Made by a program: the position numbers and the translations under genes
Notes under the pieces: generated by a model
What the model was told of the DNA's origin: nothing
Databases searched by the model: none
The model's input: only the letters and a program-made list of their open reading frames with translations
Shown here: positions 49,601-62,628 of the stretch, in pieces
Position numbering within the stretch: the stretch's first letter is position 1
Layout of the letters: each line of letters opens with the position of its first letter
Assembly (NCBI GenBank): GCA_028826165.1
Contig: JAPDFW010000110.1
Coordinates: 122,290 to 186,289 of the forward strand
Reading direction: 5' to 3'
From: Anaeramoeba ignava BMAN
Taxonomy: Eukaryota > Protista > Anaeramoebae
DNA: 64,000 bases

Positions 49601-50191
49601 GTTATTAAAAAAACTAGAGTCTTGAATTAAAACATTTGGAGAATCTTCAATAAGAACAGCGCCAGCAAAAACATTACCATTAACAGCGCCTAAAACAACT
49701 TGATTATAACTAAATATGCAATTTTTGATTGTAATATTTGCATTTCTAACAGTTATAGCAGGTCCTCCGTTTCCTTGAAATTTGGAAGACATCAATAAAC
49801 CGTTTCTAATTTCTATATTTTCCAAATAAACATCATCAAGTCCATTAAAACCAAAACCGAATGTTGATCCACCACAATCAATGATAACATTTCCACCAAT
49901 TCCTTTTATTGCGATTCCTTTGTTTGTCCACCAATTACAATTGAGAAAACTGTATTCACCACTATAAACATATATTTCATCTCCTGAAACGCATTTATTA
50001 ACGGCTCTTGGTATAAGATCGCATAATTTACTTCCGTCACTGAAGTCACAATCGCTACTTTTTCCATCAACTGATACAAATATTTTTGCTGTTGAAACTT
50101 TTCCAATTAATGTTGTTATGATTATTCCAATTAATATTTGAATTAAAATATTATTTTGTATTTTTTTAAGTGTTTTTTTAATTTTAATCAT
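46687..50191 (-). CDS. Surface protein copy B, tandem paralogue of copy A; one apparent +1 frameshift at about 47454-47461
   Basis: ORFs 47417-50191 and 46687-47382 join when one base is removed from the T7 run; long stretches are identical to copy A. Confidence 0.85.
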
Positions 50192-50454
50192 TTTAAAAAA
50201 TTAATAGAAAAGATTTTGAAATAAGGAAAAAGAAGAAACAAAAAATGAAAAAAAAAATAATTTTTGATTTTATTAATTTTAATTTTATTTTGGTTTTGTT
50301 TTTAGGGGTTTTTTTATTTATTTTTTTTTGGTGATTTGGATAAATTTTTAATTTTTAATTTGGATATTTTTTTCATCAAAAATTTAAAAAATTTATTTTT
50401 TGATTTTTAATTTAATTTTTGAATAACAAAAAGAAAAATTTTTCTTTATTGATT

Positions 50455-51955
50455 TTTTGATTTAATTTAAAATTTAATTTAATTTAATTTTTAAATTTAA
50501 TTTAAAATTTAATTTTTAATTTAAATATTTAATTTTAATTTAATTTAAATATTTGATTTAATTTAATTTAATTTAATTTAATTTAATTTAATTTAATTTA
50601 ATTTAATTTAATTTAATTTAATTTAAATTTAATTTAATTTAATTTAATTTTAAATATTTAATTTAATTTAATTTAATTTAATTTAATTTAATTTAATTTA
50701 ATTTAATTTAAATATTTAATTTAATTTAATTTAATTTAAAATATTTAATTTGATTTAATTTAATTTTTAATTTAATTTAATTTAATTTGATTTAATTTTT
50801 AAATATTTGAATTTGATTTAATTTGATTTAATTTAAATATTTGAGTTTAATTTGATTTAAATTTAATTTAATTTAATTTAATTTGATTTAATTTGATTTA
50901 ATTTAAATAATTTGATTTAATTTTTAATTTAATTTAAAAATATTTGATTTAATTTAATTTAAATATTTGATTTAATTTAATTTAATTTAATTTAATTTAA
51001 TTTAAATATTTGATTTAAATTAATTTAATTTAATTTAATTTGATTTAATTTAATTTAAAATAATTTAATTTAATTTAAATATTTAATTTGATTTAATTTA
51101 ATTTAATTTAAATATTTGATTTGATTTAATTAATTTAATTTGAGAATTTAATTTAAATATTTAATTTGATTAATTTAATTTTAATTTATTTGATAAAATA
51201 TTTGATTTAATTTAATTTAATTTAAGTTTAATTTTAAGTTTAATTTAATTTAATTTAAATATTTGATTTAATTTAATTTAAATATTTGATTTAATTTGAA
51301 TATTTGATTTAATTTAATTTAAATATTTGATTTAATTTAATTTAAATATTTGATTTAATTTAATTTAAATATTTGATTTAATTTAATTTGATTTAATTTA
51401 AATTTAAATATTGATTTAAATATTTAATTTAAATATTTGATTTTAAATATTTAATTTAAATATTTGATTTGATTTAATTTAAATAATTTTAATTTAATTT
51501 AATTTGATTTAATTTAATTTAATTTGATTTAATTTAAATTTAATTTAATTTAATTTAATTTAATTTAATTTAAATATTTATTTAATTTAATTTAATTTAA
51601 TTTAATTTAATTTAATTTAAATATTTAATTTGATTTAATTTAATTTAATTTGATTTAATTTAATTTAGTTTAATTTAATTTAATTTAATTTAATTTGATT
51701 TAAATATTTAATTTGATTTAATTTAAATTATTTGATTTGATTTAATTTGATTTAATTTAATTTAATTTAATTTGATTTAATTTAAATTAATTTAATTTAA
51801 TTTAATTTAAATATTTTATTTGATTTGATTTAATTTAAATTTAATTTTTAAATATTTGATTTGATTTAATTTGATTTAGTTTAATTTGATTTTAAATATT
51901 TGATTTGATTTAATTTAAATATTTGATTTGATTTGATTTAGTTTGATTTAAATTT
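50455..51955. repeat. Intergenic pentamer satellite (ATTTA/ATTTG)n
   Basis: 1.5 kb of tandem repeat between divergently transcribed genes. Confidence 0.95.
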
Positions 51956-52089
51956 GAAAAGTAAAAAGAAAATTTTTTTAATTTTAAGTAAAAAGAAAAT
52001 TTTTTAATTTTAATTTTTCATTTTTTTCTTTTTTCATTTTTTTCTTTTTTCATTTTCTTATTTAAGTAATTAAAATCAAAGTTCTAAAA

Positions 52090-55000
52090 ATGGAATATAA
52101 AAAATTGTTTGAGTTTTGCAAAGAAAAAAATTACGAAAAAATATACAAACTTTTCAAACTAGTGAAAATAATAACAGATTTTCAAACAAATGGAATAACA
52201 CCATTATATTATTCAAGTGAACAAGGATATTGTTCAATATGTGAATTATTATTAGCAAATGGAGCAGATCCAAATTCACAAAACATTGAAGAAAAAACTC
52301 CACTTCATGCTGCTTGTTTAGGAGAACAAGAACATATTGTTGATTTGCTTCTTAAATTTGGAGCTGATCCTCATAAAATTGATATTCATGGTGTTTCTCC
52401 TATTGATTTTTGTAAATCCAGTTCTTATTGGAATATTTTGAGATTGTTAGATCCAGATTATGAAAATATTCCTCAAGAAGATTCTAAAAGTTAATTTTAA
52501 TTTTATAATTTGAATTTAATTTTATAATTGAATTTTATTTTATAATTGAATTTTAATTTTATTTTAATTTTATAAATTGAATTTAATTTTATAATTGAAT
52601 TTTATTTTATAATTGAATTTTAATTTTATAAATTGAATTTAATTTTATAAATTTAATTTTAATTTTATAAATTAATTTTATAATTTGAATTGAATTTTAA
52701 ATTAAAATTTTTTTCCGATTTTAATTTTGATTCTAATTTTGATTCTAATTTTAATAATTTCAAAAAAAAAAAAAAAGTACGCAAACAAAAACAGGAGGAA
52801 ATCTTCAAAGAAATCATTTCCAATAACGTATCAGCTATTCGGAAAATGATAAAAAACAAAGAAATGCGAAGATTAATGCACAAACAAGATTCAATAAACG
52901 GAATCACTCCGCTCATAGCAGCAGTGCAAACGGAGGGGAAAGAAATAGTGAAGACACTAATAGAAATAGGGGTGAATCTGAATCAAGAAACAACAGACGG
53001 ACAATTAGCTATTTTCGAGGCTTTGAAACTGAAAAAAACAGCAATAGCAGAATTACTTATAACAAATGGAAGCAAAATGGACTTAATGGGAAATGAGGGC
53101 GATTTTCCGCTCCACACAGCAATCAAGTTAGATAAATACAAGCTGATCAAACTCATGGTCGAACACGGAGCCGATCCGACGAAACAGAACAGAGACGGAT
53201 TGACTCCGATCCACATCTGTGTTGAGAAAAAATCTACGAAAATGCTCGAATTGCTCCATAATTTAAAAGCAAAAATGGGGGTCCAGGACAGCAAAAGAAG
53301 AACGGCGCTGATGTACCACATTCAGCGATGGATCCAGCGAATGGAAACACAGGGCAGGAATGCAAAGGAGGAGCAGCACGATCAAGCAATAATGAAGTGG
53401 CTTGTGGATCATGTTGATCCAAATATCCCCGACGAGGACAACAGCACAGTACTGCATGCCCTGGTGAAAAGCGCGCAGACAAGCATCCTCAGCGATTTCC
53501 TGCGCGCAGTCAAGCAAGCGCACAAACACGTCAAGATAGAATCGTGGAACGAAATACCTCTTTTGCATCTAGCTGTCTTGTATTCCGGCGGTGTTGACAT
53601 GATTGAGCTGTTAATGTCGCACAATGTATCCGCAGAACAACGCGACATTGACGGCAATGACCTTCTACATGTGGCAGTGAAAAAAAGCAACATTGACGTT
53701 ATCCGCTATTGCATCGAAAAACTTCAGCTAGATCCACTGAGAGTCAACGAAAACAAGGACACAACACTCCATTCAGCAATGGAAAAAGGGGATCCTGTTG
53801 TTTTGGCTGAACTTGTCAAATATCACACTGACGTTAACAAGGCGAACAAAAGTGGCATTCTCCCCATTCATTTGGCTGCTGCACGGGGATACATGCTCTG
53901 CCTTCAGTATCTTCTTGATCTGGGCGCAAGCATCAACGCGGTAACACAAGACAAGCAGACCCCGCTTGAGCTTGCCTTGGCCAACGGGCACAGAAAAACA
54001 GCTGCGCTTCTCGTTGAAAGGGGCGCACCTTCAAGACTGCATTTTCTAATAGCAATCAACCGCGAAAATCTTATAAAAGAGTGTCTAGACGCAGGGTTCT
54101 ACGGAGAAATCTTCGACCACAATTGCGTTTCTGCTCTCCATTTCGCTGTACAAAAAGCAAATCCAAATATCGTTGATCTTGTTGCAAAATCTTGTTTTTC
54201 GGTGGATTTCAATTATGTCCGCTCACAAGAAATCATGCGAAATGCAATTGCGGACATTTTTAACACTCTCAAAACAGCCGTTGAGTTTTCAGACAAGACA
54301 GAAATTCTAATGACACAGCCACAGGCAGGGATATACACCCCATTGCAATACGCCGCCGAGCTTGGCAACATCGAGATTTGCCGCGTGCTTCTGGATAACC
54401 AAGCGCGGATTATTGATTTCCCGCCGTGCGAAAACCCGTACGAAATTGCCGAGCGCGCGGGTCACGAGGATTGCGCACGTTTTCTGCAAGGAGAGTTCAA
54501 GCGACGCACTGCCGCGCAAGAGCTTCTTGATACAGAGATAAAGTACCAGAAGATCCTTTTCGCATTGCTTCAGTTTATTGTCATGCCTGTCAATTCCCGG
54601 CGACTCATCTCGAAAACCGAAATGTCCCGAATTTTCCTGAATTTGGATCGTCTTTATGCTTCCTCAGTGCATTTTCTGAAGCTTCTTAAACAGGATATTT
54701 CCGCATGGAAAATAACCACAGGAATCGGTACCGCTGTCTCGGCGCTCCCGAATCTCCTCCATCCCTACAAGGAATACACTGTAGAACTCTCATCCGCACT
54801 CGAATTTCTCCAGGAAAAAATGAACACTGTCCCGCCCTTTGCAAATGTTGTCGAGGCTGGTCTCAAGGACCCAGACTTCCGCAGCTTGGATATCCGTTCT
54901 GTTCTCCAGCAGCCAATGTCCCGCATGGCTCAATACTCCCTTCTTCTCAAAGCCTGTCTGAAACGCACATCTTCTGCTCACTCAGATCATCAGCCTCTTC

Positions 55001-55989
55001 TCGACGCCCTTGAAAAAGTCATGAACTTCAACTCCAGAGTCAACACAGAGAAACACACCCACGATGCCCGCTCAACACTCGAGAAGATCGATTCTGAGAT
55101 GTCATGTTTTGGTCTATCTCCCTCCCATTTGCGTGAGCTCGTGTTCAAAGACCAACTCTTCGTCTCCATTCTTCCTTCCTCAAAAATTTCACATCTACAT
55201 GACACCATCTCTTGTGTAGACAATCCCTTCCTCGGTCTCTCCTTCCAATCCCCGATCAGCTTCGATGAGCCCTTTCCCTTTCTCTCTGCAAACTTCGATC
55301 TCATCAACTCCCTCACAAACACCCCCTCTCAGTCCAAAGTCATCATGGTTTTCAACGACATCCTCCTCATATGCTCGCTTGTCGACTCCCAAATCTCAAT
55401 AGAATTCTCTTTTCCAATACCATCCGTCTTTGTTGATATCTTGCCCCCGAATGATGCTCAACAACTCTTCCCAAATCTCAAGCCCCACAAATATTCCTTC
55501 AAGCTCATCACTCCAATCGCCATCTTTCTTATCAGTTCAGACCACATGTCTGCTTGCCCCCAATTGATCATAAAAGAAACTACCAAGTTCCAGGACTTCT
55601 TCGTCCTCTCTTCCCGATATTCTGAAGAGAAATACTTCCGCGAGATCAGCTCCCGTTTTACAAACCAAAAGCACTTCTCTCATTCCCGCAAGGCTCTCAG
55701 AATAGATACAGAGGACTTGCTTCTCAACTTCAACCCAAAAGATTCCCTCAATCTCGATGACGAACTACAACTTTACCAAGTTATATGCTTTGTTCGTCTT
55801 GATGATACTGTTCTCAAACTCAAATTCATCTCAATTAACTCCTCTTCCTTTCGTCTCCAAAAAGATATTGCAATCCAATTGTCTGTTATTTTTGATTCCA
55901 CAATCCCAAAAGAGAACTACAGAATTATTATGCGTCCTTTTGATATTTTAGGATCTGGTCTTGAAATATTGGATTTACAAAACTATTGA
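52090..55989 (+). CDS. Ankyrin-repeat plus DH (RhoGEF) plus PH-like protein; exons 52090-52489 and 52778-55989
   Basis: Many TPLH-type ankyrin repeats; DH motifs AAQELLDTEIKY, RIFLNL, LQQPMSRMAQYSLLLKACLKRT...DH; MVFNDILLIC (PH). A phase-1 GT-AG intron joins the two ORFs. Confidence 0.9.
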
Positions 55990-56108
55990 AATGATTCATT
56001 TAATAAATAAATAAAAAAAAAATTTTTTTTTAATAATAAATTTTCTTTATTTAAAGAAAAGATAAAAAAGATTTGATGATAAAAAAAAAAAAAAAAATCT
56101 CTTGTTGT

Positions 56109-59100
56109 TCAATTTTGATCGTTTGATTTCTCTTTCTTGGATGATTCGCTATCAATCTCAATAGTATTATAACTATCAACATCACTATTATTTTTTTCTT
56201 CAAAAGATATATCGTCATTTATTCCATCAGAATCAACAAGCAAATCAATTCCATCACTTGAATCTATATTAACTTTTTTTGCTTTTTCTTTTTCTTTCTC
56301 TTTCTTTAATTCTCTTTCATATTCAGATTTAGTCACTTCCATATCAATCTCAAATAAATAAGTGTATCCAGATTTAAATGTAGTCAACCAATATTCATGT
56401 TCATGATTCAATGATTCTCGATCTCCAAACATTTCCACATAATGCATATTAGAAGGTAGATTTGGCGGATTTGAATATAAAATGACATAAATCTTTAAAA
56501 TCAAAAATTAAAATCTAAATCAATAAAATCAAAAAATTTAATAATAATATTTACAACAATGGGAAATATTAAATCTGCTCCAATTTCTGTAATCCCATTA
56601 AACTCCAAAATATTGAAAATAATCTTCGCGCAATGTGCAAGAACCAAAATTTTCAAAGATGGTGTCTTGTAATGGTTCAATGTTTTCAATTCTTCAAATT
56701 CATTAAAAAAAAAAATATAAATAAAAATAATAATTTCAATTTGTTTGCAAAAAATACCTTCAATTGCTAAAGACCACATATCAGTACTCCAAAATTGTTC
56801 TGGAATATGAAGAATTGTTGGTGTTAAATACTTTTTCACTTTATTGATTTTATTACTGAATAAAATATCCTCTTTTTCATAAGAATTTTTTAAACATTTT
56901 GGATAAAATATTCTAATTAAATTAAATTAAATTGAATTGAATTAAATTAAATTAAATATTTTTTATAATAAAAATGTAATGTACTCGTCATAAATATCTA
57001 CAAAAACATGATTTTCAATTGAAATTGAAAGAATATTATAAGCATTCGAAAAAATTGTAAAACTTAAATCCGCTCTTAAACATTTTTGGATCGTATCAAA
57101 GAAATCTGCAATTTTTTTTATTAAGTCTTGTTTGCTATAAGCATTTTGAAGTTTTTCAGATTCGTTTTTCAATCTTTCATTATATTTGATAACAAACGAT
57201 CGACTTGCCCAAGATTGAATAAATTGTTCAAAAAAATTCATTCTCATTTCTGATTGCTCAACTAACTCTCTTAATCGATTAGCAATTCCCAAGTGTCTAT
57301 TTTTTTCCTTATTCATCTTTTCCAATTTGGTTAATCTTTCTGTATAATTCTGATAAATAAATAAATAAATAAATATTTAGATAAATAAATAAATAAATAG
57401 ATAAATATTTAATTACTTGTTTTAAAAGAACAAGAAAAAAATTGTAAATGTTTTCGTTTTCTTGTTGTGGTCTTTTTTTGATTGTTCGAATTGTTGAATC
57501 TAACAAACAAAATACTTCATATGAACTACGACCTAAACTTTTCTAAATATTCATTCCAAATCAAAAAACAAAAATAATTATGATTAAATGTATCAAAAAA
57601 ATTTTTCTTTCTTGTTTTTGATTTTTTTGATTCAAACTTCTTTTTCAATCTCTAAAATTTCAAGTAATGATTTCTCTTTGTATTCGTTTAAATTTTCAAA
57701 TTGAATTAAACACAATGTCTGTCTTAATTTTTTCTCAATTTGCTCATGCAGAACTGATAATTCAACATCTGTTTTGTTAAAAGAAACAGGATTCACAAGA
57801 TATAAAGGTCGATAATTGCTTGATCTCGAAAAAAAAGATTTTCCTCTGAATTCTGTTTTTTCTTTGAATAATTTCATGTTTGGGACTTGAGGCAAAAAAG
57901 ATTCAAAAGAAAATTCAAAATATTTGTTCTGTTTTGCTGGTATTAATTCTGGAGGTTTTCCAATCTGGAAAATATGTTTAATAGCTGGAAATGCTAAATG
58001 AGAATGATTTTTAATATTGTTTTGTAAAGTAGTTCCGTAATCAAATAATAGTTTATGAAGAGCAAATAAATCATTAGGTGTCACTAATGATGATTTCAAT
58101 ATTGGTTTTGTTTCAAAAAAGAAATCATCCTATTCATTTTAAATTTTGCAAATTTTTTAAATTTTTTATAAAAAAATGGAAGTGTTTCTTTTTCATGTTT
58201 TCATACTTTTTCTCCATCATTTTCTTCAGTGTCATGTTGTTTCAATTTATCAATAACATTCCCAACAAGAACAAAAAATTTTGAAAGAGAAAGACCTAAA
58301 TTAGTGAGTTCGGGAAACATTTTTTGAATAGAACTTCTTGGATCGTTTTTTGTTGAGCATAAACTAAGAAGAATTTTTGCAATCTTATCAAATCAAATAA
58401 GAAAAATATTTTTTGGAATTTTTGATAAATTAATTAATAAACTAATATTACTTGTTGAAAAATGGCTCTATGATTTTCCATAATTGGAATATCATCAATA
58501 ATTCCATAACGTTCTATAAAAAAATTAAAATTAAAATTGAAATTAAAATTAAAATGAAAATTACAAACTATTTTTTTTGAAAATTAATATTTTATTAATT
58601 TTTCTTTTCTTTAATATTTTGTAATACCCTGGAGTAATCAAAGCAGGATTAATTAATCTAACAAGTAAAAAACCTGAAATAATTTTATCTTGATCCTTTT
58701 CTCTTTTAAATTTATGGCAATAACTTTTCAAAAATGATTAAGAAAAACAAATTTTTTTTTTCAATAAATTTTTCTTATAATTTTTTCTTATAATTTTCTC
58801 AATAATTTTTATATAATTTTTTCAATAATTTTCTCAATAATTTTTTCTATAATTTTTTCAATAATTTTTTATATAATTTTTTATATAATTTTTTCTATAA
58901 TTTTTTCAATAATTTTTTCTATAATTTTTATATAATTTTTATATAATTTTCTCAATAATTTTTTCTATAATTTTTTTAATAATTTTTTCAATAATTTTTT
59001 ACCTAATAATTTTCTTGGTAATAAATCTAATTCCATAAGGTAATAATGGTACTTTTTTTTCTAAAGATTGAAGTAAAGATGTTGTAATTGAAATTATTTT

Positions 59101-60701
59101 ATCATTAACTAAATTATAATATGATTAACATAAAAATATCAAAATAAATTATCCAAAAAAACAATGATTAAGAAAAGTAATATTTTCATTTTTAATTTAC
59201 CTTCTTTTGATATTTCACTTGAGTGATTTGTCTAATTAATTATTTAAAAATTGAAGTGTAAATTAGTTATTAATTTTCTTTTTTTTTGGATAAATTATTT
59301 TTTTACAATTAAAAATATAGGATCTTGAAGAATAGAAAGAATTGGATTTCTTAATGATGATAATAAAAAGAGACTTGTGTGTGTATTTTTTGTGTATGCT
59401 GATATTAATCTACTTAATAGTTTATTTGAAATAAGTAATTCTCTTGGATCTGGTACTAATTTTAGTTGTTCTTCAAAGCAAACCTTTAATTTTGGATTTA
59501 ATTTTGATTTTGATTTTAATTTTGATTTTAATTTTGATTTTAATTTATATTTTGATTTTAATTTTAATTTTAATTTTGATATTAATTTTAATTTTGAATT
59601 TAATTTTGATTTTGATTTTAATTTTAATTTTGAATTTAATTTTAATATTGAATTTAATTTTTTAATTTTAATTTTGATTTTAATTTTAATTTTAATTTTG
59701 ATTTTAATTTAGATTTTGAATTTGATATTGATTTTGATTTTAATTTTAATTTTGATTTTGATTTTAATTTTAATTTTAATTTTGATATTGATTTTGAATT
59801 TGATATTGATTTTGATTTTGAATTTTGATTTTGATTTTGATTTTGATTTTGATATTGATTTTAATTTTGATTTTGATTTTGATTTTGAATTTGGATTTTG
59901 ATTTTAATTTTGATTTTGATTTTAATTTTAATTTTAATTTTAATTTTAATTTTAATTTTAATTTTGATTTTAATTTTGATTTTAATTTTAATTTTAATTT
60001 TGATTTTGATTTTAATATTGATTTTAAATGATTTCTATACTTCAATTAACTTGATTGAGCATTTTAAATTCTTCATGATCATTACAAAGATGACCAAGTA
60101 AAGAAGGAATAGCAGAATGAGATAAAATTTCTGTATATTCTCTTTTCATTCCTGGAGTAACAATAATTGCTCTTCCTAAAACTTCCAAATTTTGTCTTAA
60201 AAGTGTAATCATTTTTTGATAATCCTTTTTAAATTTTAAATTTTAATTTTATAAATGAATTTTAATTTTAATTTTAATTTAAATTTAATTTTACACTTGT
60301 TTGTAAATTTGATAAAGGTAAATCAACAAAATCATAAAATTCAACTTTCCATTCATTCATTTTTTTTTGCTCATAATGTAAACTAAAGTCAACTTGTGAT
60401 TCAGTTAAACTTTCACTGAATTTGCTCAAATTAATAAATTCAACAAGATTTACTTGAAGTTGTCGTGTTAATTTTTGTATTTCTTTTTTGCAATTTGTAA
60501 TTATTTTTTGCTCTTTTTTATTTTTATTTTTATTTTTATTTAAAAAATTTCAATAAAAAAAATATTTGGATTATTTTTTTCCTTTTGATTTTTCATTCCT
60601 TCAATTTTTTTACCTGCTGATTCACTTGTTTTTTCTTTTTTTAATAATTTTTGAATTTTTACAAGTTCAGCAAAGCTCGATTTATCATCAAAATCAAACA
60701 T
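56109..60701 (-). CDS. GAPVD1: RasGAP-like plus VPS9 Rab5-GEF protein (GAPVD1/Gapex-5/RME-6 type), multi-exon
   Basis: N-terminal helix LLKKEK...EQKII; LPYGIRFI and GFLLVRLINPALITP-ERYGII (RasGAP); YKTPSLKI, IGADLIFPIV, YSNPPNLPSNMHYVEMF, EYWLTTF (VPS9). Confidence 0.85.
58760..59000. repeat. Intronic roughly 12-bp satellite ATAATTTTTTCA/T
   Basis: Tandem repeat in a GAPVD1 intron. Confidence 0.85.
59486..60025. repeat. Intronic hexamer satellite (TTTTGA/TTTTAA)n
   Basis: Tandem repeat in a GAPVD1 intron. Confidence 0.9.
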
Positions 60702-60859
60702 AGAAAAAAAATTATATTTGTTTTCAAAAAATTTTTTATTGTTAAAAAACAAAAAAGAAGAAGAAAAAAAATGGAAAATAAAAAACCAAAAAAAAAAATC
60801 CACAAAAAAAAAAATTTTTTAAAAAACAAATTTAATTCAAAATTTAATTGAAAATTAAA

Positions 60860-62525
60860 ATAAAAATTGATTTAAAAATTAAAATAAAAACTGAAACAAA
60901 TTAATAAATCAATTCTAAATAAAAAATTTAATTGAAAATTAAAATAAAAATTAAAATAAAAATTGAAATAAAAACTGAAACAAATTAATAAATCAATTCT
61001 AATCAAAAATTAAAATAAAAATTAAAATAAAAAGTGGAACAAATTAATAAATCAATTCTAATCAAAAATTAAATTAAAAATTAAATTAAAAATTGAAATA
61101 AAAACTGAAACAAATTAATAAATCAATTCTAATCAAAAATTAAATTGAAAATTGAAATAAAAAGTGAAACAAATTAATAAATTAATTCTAATCAAAAATT
61201 AAAATAAAAATTAAAATAAAAAGTGGAACAAATTAATAAATTAATTCTAATCAAAAATTAAATTAAAAATTAAAATAAAAAGTGGAACAAATTAATAAAT
61301 TAATTCTAATCAAAAATTGAAATAAAAAGTGGAACAAATTAATAAATCAATTCTAATCAATTCTAATCAAAAATTAAAATAAAATTAATAAATTAATAAA
61401 TTAATTCTAATCAAAAATTAAAATAAAAATTGTAAAATAAAAAGTGGAACAAATTAATAAATCAATTCTAATCAATTCTAATCAAAAATTAAATTAAAAA
61501 TTAAAATAAAAATTAAAATAAAAAGTGGAACAAATTAATAAATTAATTGAAATAAAAATTGGAACAAATTAATAAATTAATTCTAATTAAAAATTAAAAT
61601 AAAAATTAAAATAAAAACTGAAACAAATTAATAAATCAATTCTAATCAAAAATTAAAATAAAAATTAAAATAAAAAGTGGAATAAATTAATAAATCAATT
61701 CTAATCAATTCTAATCAAAAATTAAAATAAAAAGTGGAACAAATTAATAAATTAATTCTAATCAAAAATTAAAATAAAAATTAAAATAAAAAGTGGAACA
61801 AATTAATAAATCAATTCTAATCAAAAATTTAAATAAAAATTAAAATAAAAAGTGGAATAAATTAATAAATTAATTCTAATCAAAAATTAAAATAAATTTA
61901 AATAAAAACTGAAACAAATTAATAAATCAATTCTAATCAAAAATTAAAATAAAAATTAAAATAAAAAGTGGAACAAATTAATAAATCAATTCTAATTAAA
62001 AATTAAAATAAATTTAAATAAAAATTGGAACAAATTAATAAATTAATTCTAATCAAAAATTAAAATAAATTTAAATAAAAACTGAAACAAATTAATAAAT
62101 TAATTCTAATCAAAAATTAAAATAAAAATTAAAATAAAAAGTGGAACAAATTAATAAATTAATTCTAATCAAAAATTAAAATAAAAATTAAAATAAAAAG
62201 TGGAACAAATTAATAAATTAATTCTAATCAAAAATTAAAATAAAAATTAAAATAAAAAGTGGAACAAATTAATAAATCAATTCTAATCAAAAATTAAAAT
62301 AAAAATTAAAATAAAAAGTGGAATAAATTAATAAATTAATTCTAATCAAAAATTAAAATAAAAATTAAAATAAAAAGTGGAACAAATTAATAAATTAATT
62401 CTAATCAAAAATTAAAATAAATTTAAATAAAAACTGAAACAAATTAATAAATTAATTCTAATCAAAAATTTAATTGAAAATTGAAATAAAATTGAAATAA
62501 AAATTAAAATAAAAAGTGGAACAAA
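60860..62525. repeat. Intergenic minisatellite, 59-bp unit AAAAGTGGAACAAATTAATAAAT(C/T)AATTCTAATCAAAAATTAAAATAAAAATTAAAATA, roughly 28 copies
   Basis: GTGGAACAAA recurs at 62141, 62200 and 62259 (period 59); variant core CTGAAACAAA. Confidence 0.95.
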
Positions 62526-62628
62526 TTAAAATGAAAAGGGAAAATAAAAAAAATTAAAAAAGGAGAAATTTTTGTTTTTCATTTTTTTTTTCTTTAATTT
62601 AAAAAAACAACACATAAAAAAAAGAAAA

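Noticed and set aside
42831-50191. Calling the two surface-protein genes pseudogenes
   Set aside because: Only single-base homopolymer insertions, at different sites in each copy, with no nonsense decay elsewhere; more consistent with sequencing error.
52983-55392. Cluster of antisense and alternative-frame ORFs in the RhoGEF gene
   Set aside because: Expected by-product of higher GC and fewer stop codons; no recognisable motifs.
26927-55989. Inteins or Hint domains in the large ORFs
   Set aside because: No C/S-start...HN-C/S/T splice motifs or LAGLIDADG blocks recognised; the insertions in PIKfyve are low-complexity. An HMM search would be needed to exclude them fully.
60860-62525. Possible CRISPR array
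   Set aside because: Units are contiguous with no unique spacers, no cas genes, eukaryotic context.
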